The notes below the pieces were generated by a model that was not told where the DNA came from, did not search any database, and saw nothing but the letters and a program-made list of their open reading frames with translations. From NCBI GenBank assembly GCA_964344595.1, contig CAYFNV010000002.1, forward strand, positions 148,289 through 212,288: a DNA stretch of 64,000 nt. The letters are read 5' to 3'. Each line of letters begins with the position of its first letter. The first letter of the stretch is position 1. The stretch is from an uncultured Nitrospina sp. GTDB taxonomy: Bacteria > Nitrospinota > Nitrospinia > Nitrospinales > VA-1. Of this stretch, positions 57,425 to 64,000 are shown piece by piece. A program made the translations under genes and the position numbers.

Positions 57425-58828
57425 TCAAGCTTGACGGATTTCATCAGCTAAAAACTCGCCTTCAGGAATTATTATCCTTTCCCTCAACCCCTTCAAATGA
57501 ACCTTGCCTTTGAGAGAAGAAGCGCCTTTAAATCGGACACTGCCACTAATCTTCAACTCCTCCAATTCCAAAAGATCTGGGATAACAGGAAAACTGTTTT
57601 GAAAGTTTTCTAAATTCTGCAAAATGTCACCAAGTTCAATCAAAGGTAAAGAAACAGACTTTCTTTGGGAATTCCTGACCAGCTTTCCGCTATTTAAGCT
57701 AAAAAGATTGGACCGCACCAACAACAAATCATCTGTCTTTTTTACAGGTAAAAAACGTTCACGGGAAACCGAAAGACCAATGGCACCCTCAAAACATTCC
57801 AAAGCAGATCCAATAGCGGTCTCGAGCTGAATGACAGGAACACCTTCAACATTTTTCCTGTTAACCAGAACACTCAACTCCAGCGGCCCCTCTTTCAACC
57901 TTTCACATAAGGCCACCAGGTTTATCCAGATATTATTGGTATTAAAAACTTTGAACTTGCTCTGGTCACAAAACTCATCAACCTTATCATCAGGTACCTG
58001 GGCAATCTCCAACAACTTAAGATTGCCATCCTGCTGATAAAGAGTTCCCCCCTTAACATCTGCAGGAGTTTTGGCAGTCATTTCCATCAAGAAGGGAATA
58101 TTATTTTCCACCATATAATTAAGAATAACAGGATCCACCACTGCCCCAAGATTGTCTGCATTTGAAATAAAAAGAATTTCCCTCCCATCGTTTATCAGCT
58201 TTTGTAGAATTCCCTGTTGCCAGACACAATTATAAAAATCACCATGTCCGGGGGGATAGAAAGCCTGGTCTCCATACTTACCATGAGCGAGCGGATTCAG
58301 ACTATCTGAGTGCAAACGAGGAAATTTGTTCTGTTGAAAACCGATTATTTCTGAAGAAAAGCCCAGGGAGTTCAGATGTGCCTGGGTTTTCTCATGCGTG
58401 TAGAAACTGTTCATCAATAGTAGTGGAATTTTTTGGTCCCACTCCCGATTCAGGCACTCGATTTGTTCCACAATAAGATCTAAAAATGTTTTATTTTCCC
58501 TTACATTAATAAGAGACTTTGGTCCTACACAACCCATGCTGGTGCCCAAGCCACCATTGAGCTTTCCAATAACAAGCTTAGATAAGTGTGTTGCGGTCTT
58601 TTCGTTTTCCGGAGATGGGAGACAGAAATAATCTGGTAGGCTTTTGGAGTCGGGAGTCATTATTGAGCTCCAGTTTTCGACCTTGGATGGCCCTTTGCGA
58701 AACTGGGTAATCATCTTCCAAAAACTATCTAGCTGGGCACCTGATAGCGATTTACCAAGCTCATCCCATAGAAAATCTTTATCATCATGCATACAATAAT
58801 CCCAAACTTGAATTTTCGTGACAAACAC
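57425..58828 (-). CDS. UTP-glucose-1-phosphate uridylyltransferase of the eukaryote-type UDPGP family
   Basis: 467 aa from GTG 58828, or 455 aa from ATG 58792. KLNGGLGTSMG and NADNLGA blocks. Confidence 0.8.
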   Translation of the reverse strand: MFVTKIQVWDYCMHDDKDFLWDELGKSLSGAQLDSFWKMITQFRKGPSKVENWSSIMTPDSKSLPDYFCLPSPENEKTATHLSKLVIGKLNGGLGTSMGCVGPKSLINVRENKTFLDLIVEQIECLNREWDQKIPLLLMNSFYTHEKTQAHLNSLGFSSEIIGFQQNKFPRLHSDSLNPLAHGKYGDQAFYPPGHGDFYNCVWQQGILQKLINDGREILFISNADNLGAVVDPVILNYMVENNIPFLMEMTAKTPADVKGGTLYQQDGNLKLLEIAQVPDDKVDEFCDQSKFKVFNTNNIWINLVALCERLKEGPLELSVLVNRKNVEGVPVIQLETAIGSALECFEGAIGLSVSRERFLPVKKTDDLLLVRSNLFSLNSGKLVRNSQRKSVSLPLIELGDILQNLENFQNSFPVIPDLLELEELKISGSVRFKGASSLKGKVHLKGLRERIIIPEGEFLADEIRQA

Positions 58829-58868
58829 TCAAGGACTTGCTTTACTAATTACTTTTATAAGACCTGCT

Positions 58869-59486
58869 ATGCTCGTGTTTAAAAAAAATATCTACGCAAC
58901 CACCCGGACCAATCACCCTGAAAATGAGGTTCAGCAAAAACTGAACCCACATGAATTCATTTTCAAGTCACTGACCACAGACTGGGAAATTTTTCACGGG
59001 CTGCAAAAACTCCCTCAACAGGAAGCTCATGAACGTTTCAAAACCTTATTTCCTCATGTCTCACAATTTGGATCCATTTTACTCATTAACACTTTTTCCC
59101 GGTCACTCCTGGAAGGGTTGGTTGATAAATATAATTGGTATGACATGAATGCGTATCATATGACTTACCTTTTTGACAGCTTGTATGGCACATTTGAGGA
59201 TTATAGCTACTCAAACCCAGAACAACGAAAAGAGTTATTTCCCGAGCTTGGCGGAGATGATATAGATTTCGATCAATTTCTGGAAAATTATTTTTTTGGA
59301 ACTGCGTTTTTAATGGATCCTGACCGTTTCAACAATATGCCGCCAGAAGAAAAGAAAAGCCTGAAACTTACCGACCCATGCCTGTTTGGGGTGATCAACA
59401 GACTAACCCCTGCCGATGAAGAGATTTCGCTAAAAATAAACCCTGCTCCTCCCTACACCCATGAAACCAATTTATTCCAGCAATAA
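58869..59486 (+). CDS. Conserved hypothetical protein, paralogue 1
   Basis: 205 aa from ATG 58869 (MLVFKKNIY matches the paralogue start MLAFKNNIY; the track GTG 58818 overlaps the divergent gene). Shared blocks are listed in the findings. Confidence 0.65.
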   Translation: MLVFKKNIYATTRTNHPENEVQQKLNPHEFIFKSLTTDWEIFHGLQKLPQQEAHERFKTLFPHVSQFGSILLINTFSRSLLEGLVDKYNWYDMNAYHMTYLFDSLYGTFEDYSYSNPEQRKELFPELGGDDIDFDQFLENYFFGTAFLMDPDRFNNMPPEEKKSLKLTDPCLFGVINRLTPADEEISLKINPAPPYTHETNLFQQ

Positions 59487-59490
59487 AAAG

Positions 59491-60072
59491 CTATTTTCTT
59501 AATTCCTCCTCCAGCTTGAGAGTGAGCATTTTAGAACCCGGAACAACCTCACTTAAATAACTAGCCACGGGCATACCATCCCTTCCAACCAAAAATTTAT
59601 GAAAATTCCATTGAGCCTCATGTTTTTCTGGCACCCATTTTCCTTTCACCCGGTGTAATACCCATTTTACCAATCTAAAGATACTTGACCGACACCCCCC
59701 TGGTCCCTGATGCCTCAAACCACAATCATATAAATATTGATACAGGTCAAGCTTTTGCGGACCCAGCACAGACGTCTTACTGAACAAATCAAAGGTCACC
59801 TTGAATTTATTCAAGCAAAAAGACTTTATGTCTACATTCACTCCCGGTTCCTGAGCCGCGAAGTCATTACTTGGAAAAGCCAAAATACTCAATCCTTGAT
59901 CCCGGTATTGTTCATAAAGTTTCTGCAAACCTGAATACTGAGATGTAAAACCACAGTTTGAGGCTACGTTAACAATCAGCAACACCCTTCCTGAATACTC
60001 TGAGAGCCTTATTATATCGCCAGAAATGGAACGAGCTTCAAATTGATATATATTTTCTTTAGCAGAATTCAA
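59491..60072 (-). CDS. gpx: Glutathione peroxidase family (BtuE-like, Cys type)
   Basis: 193 aa. LLIVNVASNCGFT, WNFHKFLVGRDG. Confidence 0.85.
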   Translation of the reverse strand: MNSAKENIYQFEARSISGDIIRLSEYSGRVLLIVNVASNCGFTSQYSGLQKLYEQYRDQGLSILAFPSNDFAAQEPGVNVDIKSFCLNKFKVTFDLFSKTSVLGPQKLDLYQYLYDCGLRHQGPGGCRSSIFRLVKWVLHRVKGKWVPEKHEAQWNFHKFLVGRDGMPVASYLSEVVPGSKMLTLKLEEELRK

Positions 60073-60188
60073 TTTAGAACTTGGAGGACAGTGGTCGAAT
60101 TGGTACCTGCTAATCAGGTATAATAAAAAATAAAAACAGTGTAAATATCATAAATCAGTAAAAGACAAACACCTGGATAATTTTTTAT

Positions 60189-60797
60189 ATGCTCGCTTTC
60201 AAAAATAATATTTATGATACTTCATCACCTGGAAAACTGACCCTCACCCCGGACTCAGATTACAATGCCAGCTTTGATCCTCGCCATTTTATTGAAGTAG
60301 CACTTGATCAGGAAGACGAAGTGTTATCCTTTATTGAACGTCAACCGCGAGAATATTGGTTTGAAGACTTCAGGCAGTTCTATCCCCACGCTGGAAAAAT
60401 GAACTCCTTATACGCACTAAAAGAGCTTCTTAATATATTAAGGTCTGGATTAAACGAAGCTTCGTGTTGGCAACATATGAATTCTTATCATTTTTGTTTT
60501 TTATATGACGTACTGGTGCGGTTTTCTTTTAACTATAACCACGACAATCAGCAAGAAAAGCTATCCTATCTTCCTGAATTAAAAGGAAGGGGTGTATATC
60601 TTGGTAATTTTTTAAAAAATTACTTTTTTGACACACATTTTCTGACAGAACCTGAACATTTTAACTCGTTAGAGCAGGAAGAAAAGGCCAAATATAACTG
60701 CCCCTGCCTGTTTGGCGTCATCAACGGCCTGAGTCCCACGCGAGAAGAAATGGCCCTGAAAGAGACCCACGACTACCCTTATACAATTTTTGTGTGA
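60189..60797 (+). CDS. Conserved hypothetical protein, paralogue 2
   Basis: 202 aa. Shares MLxFKxNIY, W..MN.YH..FLYD.L, PEL.G, FL.NYFF.T.FL.(D/E)P..FN, EEK, PCLFGVIN.L.P..EE..LK with 58869-59486. Confidence 0.65.
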   Translation: MLAFKNNIYDTSSPGKLTLTPDSDYNASFDPRHFIEVALDQEDEVLSFIERQPREYWFEDFRQFYPHAGKMNSLYALKELLNILRSGLNEASCWQHMNSYHFCFLYDVLVRFSFNYNHDNQQEKLSYLPELKGRGVYLGNFLKNYFFDTHFLTEPEHFNSLEQEEKAKYNCPCLFGVINGLSPTREEMALKETHDYPYTIFV

Positions 60798-60823
60798 TTC
60801 AAATCTCCAAGACCAGTTAGAAT

Positions 60824-61402
60824 TTATTTATAGAGATTCTTGTACCTAAAGCAATTGGTGGTATGGTCATTGACCATGCCTGTTGCCTGCATGAAGGCAT
60901 AGCATATGGTGGAACCTACAAATTTAAAACCTCTTCTTTTTAAGTCCTTGCTCATATTATCCGATTCTTTTGTCGTAGCAGGAATCTCTTTCAGTGATTT
61001 CCAGCTATTTTGTATGGTATCACCTCCGACAAACTCCCAAATATATTTATCAAAGCTTCCAAATTCCTTCTGAACTTGCAAAAATAGCTTGGCATTAATG
61101 ACTGAAGCCGCCACTTTCAAGCGATTTCGCACTATTCCTTCATTTTGCAACAACTGCTCCTGTTTAGTGGCATCGTATTTAGCCACCTTTTGGGGGTTAA
61201 AATTATCGAAAGCTTTGCGATAATTGACACGTTTCTTAAGAATCGTTGACCAACTAAGTCCCGCCTGGGCACCTTCTAAAATTAAAAACTCAAACAATGT
61301 TTTGTCATCATGGACCGGAACACCCCATTCCTCATCATGATATTTAATATCCAACTCTGACGGCTTTGAATGATAGTCTAGCCAAGCACACCGCATTGTC
61401 AT
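60824..61402 (-). CDS. tag: DNA-3-methyladenine glycosylase I
   Basis: 192 aa from ATG 61402 (GGGAG 7 nt upstream). The track start 61519 would overlap the upstream VOC gene. CAWLDY...YHDEEWGVP, LEGAQAGLSW. Confidence 0.85.
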   Translation of the reverse strand: MTMRCAWLDYHSKPSELDIKYHDEEWGVPVHDDKTLFEFLILEGAQAGLSWSTILKKRVNYRKAFDNFNPQKVAKYDATKQEQLLQNEGIVRNRLKVAASVINAKLFLQVQKEFGSFDKYIWEFVGGDTIQNSWKSLKEIPATTKESDNMSKDLKRRGFKFVGSTICYAFMQATGMVNDHTTNCFRYKNLYK

Positions 61403-61421
61403 TACTAATCTCCCATACTGG

Positions 61422-61772
61422 TTATTCAGACCAAACAGCAAGCTCATTTCCATTAGGGTCAAGAAAGTGGAACCTTTTTCCTCCGGGAAACTCAAAGACA
61501 GGTTTAACAATTTTGCCACCTGCTTTTTTTACTTCTTCAAATTTTCTATTCAGGTCGTCTGCATATAAAACAACCAAGACACCCCCAGTCGCCACCTGAC
61601 TGTCCCCTTCCCCATTGAAACCCCCATCAATATTTGCTCCAGAAAAACTTATGTAACCTGGCCCCCAATCTGTAAACTCCCACTCAAACACCTCGTTGTA
61701 AAATTTTTTTGTTTCTGAGTTTTTTACCAAAGGTAATTCAATATAATTGATACTGTTATTTATATTGCCCAT
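61422..61772 (-). CDS. VOC (glyoxalase-fold) family protein
   Basis: 116 aa. INYIELPLVKNSETKKFYNEVFEWEF ... FHFLDPNGNELAVWSE. Confidence 0.7.
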   Translation of the reverse strand: MGNINNSINYIELPLVKNSETKKFYNEVFEWEFTDWGPGYISFSGANIDGGFNGEGDSQVATGGVLVVLYADDLNRKFEEVKKAGGKIVKPVFEFPGGKRFHFLDPNGNELAVWSE

Positions 61773-61880
61773 TAAACTTCTCCTCCTTAATAAACCTGAT
61801 TTCCCTTAAAGCGAAGTGCTCACCCACCGCGACCGGCAAATGTGCCACAGTGGAAGAACATTTGCGCTTTTTCAAAGTCA

Positions 61881-62243
61881 TTACGCAGCATTCTTATCCA
61901 TTTTAGGAAAGTTTGCAGTGTCAAAGATTAATTCGGAAGAAACTATTTTTTTATTTTTCACCTGCAGGTATTCACACATTCGAAACGTTCCTTGAAATGG
62001 CTTACTGCAGGTCCAATCAAAAATAACAACCGCCTGATTTTCTTCAGTAAAAACTTGGACCATCTTGTGCTTACCCTCAAAGCTGCATTCCTTCATTTGT
62101 GCAATGCATTCATCTGCACTATTGGCTTGCATGAGGGGTCCCTTGAAAGTGTAATGATCATCGAGAAGGGAACGCATTTTCTCAAAGTCTTTTTCTTCAA
62201 ATGCTCGATAATAAGAATTAACCAACTCTAATACTTGTGCCAT
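61881..62243 (-). CDS. SnoaL/NTF2-like fold protein
   Basis: 120 aa from ATG 62243 (AAGGAG 6 nt upstream; the track TTG 62261 includes the SD). AQVLELVNSYYRAFEEKDFEKMRSLLDDHYTFKGP. Confidence 0.6.
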   Translation of the reverse strand: MAQVLELVNSYYRAFEEKDFEKMRSLLDDHYTFKGPLMQANSADECIAQMKECSFEGKHKMVQVFTEENQAVVIFDWTCSKPFQGTFRMCEYLQVKNKKIVSSELIFDTANFPKMDKNAA

Positions 62244-62309
62244 ATAGTTCTCCTTATTCAAATGTTTTCAGCTCTTCATCCAGAACATAGTTAAAGTATG
62301 CATAACATC

Positions 62310-62329
62310 CCTGACAGCGTGTTGTCAGG
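62310..62329. promoter_or_regulatory. Candidate operator: perfect 7-bp inverted repeat CCTGACA-N6-TGTCAGG
   Basis: Lies in the 128-bp divergent region between the SnoaL-VOC-tag operon and the WYL regulator gene. The right half overlaps the -35 of the regulator promoter. Confidence 0.45.
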
Positions 62330-62350
62330 AGTATGGCAGGAATGTATAAT
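62322..62350 (+). promoter_or_regulatory. Candidate sigma70 promoter of the WYL regulator gene
   Basis: TTGTCA (62322-62327), 17-nt spacer, TATAAT (62345-62350). AAGGAG SD at 62361-62366, ATG at 62372. Confidence 0.55.
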
Positions 62351-62371
62351 AGAATTTTTTAAGGAGACATA

Positions 62372-63055
62372 ATGCGCCGTGCCGATCGACTGTTCCGCAT
62401 TGTTGAACACCTGAAAGCCCGCAGACAAGTGGTGACCGCAGATTCACTTGCCAAAAAACTGGAAATAAGTGTACGCACTCTGTACCGTGATATGGCTGAT
62501 CTCAGTGCATCAGGAGTGCCCATCATCGGGGAACCCGGCGTTGGCTATATGTTGGACAAAGACTACGTTGTGCGCCCTCTAATGTTTGATGTTGAGGAAC
62601 TTGATGCATTAATGCTGGGAGCCCAAATGGTAGAGAGTTGGGGAGATAAGGACCTGATCAAAGCGGCTCATCAAGCCATTGATAAAATCACTTCTGTCCT
62701 GCCAGAAACCCTACGGCGAGAAATATCTGAAACCTTTTTATTTTCTCTCCCATCCCAGGCAAAACCAGTCATTTCCATAGATTTTTCGGCGGTAAGAAAA
62801 TCAATCCGAAGCAAAAACAAGGTTAAGTTCAGTTACACCAGAGAAGATGGTGAAACATCAATCAGAAAAATACGTCCTCTTTGTCTGGCATTTTTTGGTC
62901 CAGTATGGTTACTTTTAGGGTGGTGCGAGATGCGCAAAGATTTTCGAAACTTCCGTCTGGATAGAATGAAAAAAATGAAAGTCACACAAGAAATTTTTTT
63001 GGATGAAAAAGGAAAGCGGTTAAAAGATTATAAAGAACTGTTATGCTCCGAATAA
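62372..63055 (+). CDS. YafY-type transcriptional regulator (HTH plus WYL domain)
   Basis: 227 aa. RADRLFRIVEHLKARRQVVTADSLAKKLEISVRTLYRDMADLSASGVPI. WYL region VKFSYTREDGETSIRKIRPL...WCEMRKDFRNFRLDRM. Confidence 0.85.
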   Translation: MRRADRLFRIVEHLKARRQVVTADSLAKKLEISVRTLYRDMADLSASGVPIIGEPGVGYMLDKDYVVRPLMFDVEELDALMLGAQMVESWGDKDLIKAAHQAIDKITSVLPETLRREISETFLFSLPSQAKPVISIDFSAVRKSIRSKNKVKFSYTREDGETSIRKIRPLCLAFFGPVWLLLGWCEMRKDFRNFRLDRMKKMKVTQEIFLDEKGKRLKDYKELLCSE

Positions 63056-63160
63056 AACCTTTGAAAGCAGTTTACATTTCACAGGCAAGGAGCTCCAAAA
63101 TAATAAAAATATGACTTAATATTGTCCTGGCAAATCAGTTAATCATCTTGGAGTATTTTC

Positions 63161-64000
63161 TTGCTTCCAATCGTTACAGCAAAACAAATGCAGGCCATTG
63201 ACCGTCAAACAATAGATGGTTTTGGCATACCCGGTATAACCCTTATGGAGAATGCCGGAATGGGGATTGTCCGTGAACTTCAAAACTGTATTCCCGATTT
63301 ATCTGGTAAAAAAGTATTTGTCTTTTGCGGTAAGGGAAATAACGGAGGTGATGGTTTTGTTATAGCCCGGCATTTATTCAACCTTGGCTCAGAAGTGCAA
63401 GTACTATTGGCCGGAAAGTTTTCTGAATTGAAAGGTGACGCCGCAATCAATGCCAACTCCGCCAGAAGCATTGGAGTCCAGCTTAATGAACTAAACCCTG
63501 ATGATTTGAACTGCCATGATCACAAATTGCGTCACTGCGACATCATTATCGATGCTTTATTTGGAACAGGATTGAATAAACCAGCCAGTGGCTTCTTGAA
63601 AAATGTCATCGACAAAATAAACCAGTTTGAAAAATTTGTGGTCTCTGTAGACATCAATTCTGGAGTGGATTCTGATAGTGGTCAGCTAATGGGACCTCAT
63701 GTCAGGTCAGACCTGACACTTGCCCTCGCATGCTTGAAACGGAGTCATTTGCTTTACCCTTCAGCCGGTATCATGAAAGAAGTCCACCTCATTGATATTG
63801 GAATTCCGGAAAAAGCCATTGAAGGACAGAATATCCAGATTCATCAGCCTGATGAGAAAGACATCAAAAACTTTTTCCCGAAACGCAATCCCAATACCCA
63901 CAAGGGGAACTACGGTCATGTTTTAGTTCTGGCAGGATCTAGAGGTAAAGAAGGAGCCGCCGGGTTGACCTCTCTGGCCGTTTTGAGAGCCGGAGCAGGC
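63161..64000 (+). CDS. nnr: Bifunctional NAD(P)H-hydrate repair enzyme Nnr (epimerase/dehydratase), 3' end runs off the window
   Basis: Not in the ORF track. My translation from TTG 63161 (GGAG 8 nt upstream; in-frame ATG at 63188) is open for 280 codons to the window end: LPIVTAKQMQAIDRQTIDGFGIPGITLMENAG...VFCGKGNNGGDGFVIARHL...DALFGTGLNKP...HKGNYGHVLVLAGSRGKEGAAGL. Confidence 0.8.
   Translation, partial: MLPIVTAKQMQAIDRQTIDGFGIPGITLMENAGMGIVRELQNCIPDLSGKKVFVFCGKGNNGGDGFVIARHLFNLGSEVQVLLAGKFSELKGDAAINANSARSIGVQLNELNPDDLNCHDHKLRHCDIIIDALFGTGLNKPASGFLKNVIDKINQFEKFVVSVDINSGVDSDSGQLMGPHVRSDLTLALACLKRSHLLYPSAGIMKEVHLIDIGIPEKAIEGQNIQIHQPDEKDIKNFFPKRNPNTHKGNYGHVLVLAGSRGKEGAAGLTSLAVLRAGAG

Noticed and set aside
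59491-60072. Apparent ~35-residue Cys-containing insertion in the glutathione peroxidase
   Set aside because: As I recall it, E. coli BtuE has a segment of comparable length at the same position before the WNF(E/H)KFL block, so this is not unusual.
61403-61519. N-terminal 39-codon extension of the tag ORF in the track. Similar extensions occur at 47877-47981, 35323-35352, 58818-58868 and 62244-62261.
   Set aside because: The extensions overlap the neighbouring gene or include the gene's own Shine-Dalgarno sequence. Internal ATGs with good SD spacing match the family's usual N-termini.
1-64000. CRISPR arrays, tandem repeats, rRNA or tRNA genes, transposases, integrases, phage genes, restriction or other defence genes
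   Set aside because: I scanned the intergenic regions and the ORF track and found none. The only repeated DNA I could detect by eye is the 316-bp element pair. A computational repeat search could still reveal shorter or diverged copies.

Overview
A gene-dense, AT-rich 64-kb chromosomal segment (roughly 40-45% G+C by eye, not computed) from a diderm bacterium that I cannot assign to a taxon from sequence alone. I support about 55 protein genes. I found no rRNA, tRNA, CRISPR array, transposase or prophage genes.

Most of the content is housekeeping:
- Central carbon metabolism: class II aldolase, and a pgi-tal-glk cluster.
- Amino-acid synthesis: argG, and an aminotransferase-hom-thrC run.
- Cofactor and repair: moaCDE, addBA, tag, nnr.
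- Envelope: mrcA, an LpoA-like protein, uppP, tatA.
- Nitrogen and respiration: amt, and a partial nuoE-nuoG-nuoD set.
- Signalling: a PAS-GGDEF protein, two histidine kinases, an HDOD protein, a sigma54 activator and a WYL/YafY-type regulator.

The clearest signal beyond the gene list is at the DNA level. A 316-bp non-coding element occurs twice (20193-20508 and 48325-48640), identical in my reading and in inverted orientation. Each copy is flanked by its own 7-bp direct repeat (CTTAAAA and ACTAATA) and has TG...CA ends with imperfect terminal inverted repeats. This is a MITE-like mobile element, and the ORF track mistranslates it as two hypothetical proteins.

Other items worth a second look:
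- The nuoE-nuoG-nuoD trio has no nuoF, nuoB or nuoC nearby.
- A TPR plus periplasmic-binding-fold (LpoA-like) gene lies convergent with PBP1A.
- Two uncharacterised paralogues bracket gpx.
- A WYL regulator with a palindromic operator faces a SnoaL-VOC-Tag operon.

I found no convincing multi-gene novel system such as a defence island. The window is largely ordinary core genome.

The two window-edge genes (USP at 1-1003, nnr at 63161-64000) are missing from the ORF track. I shortened several track ORFs to better-supported start codons.
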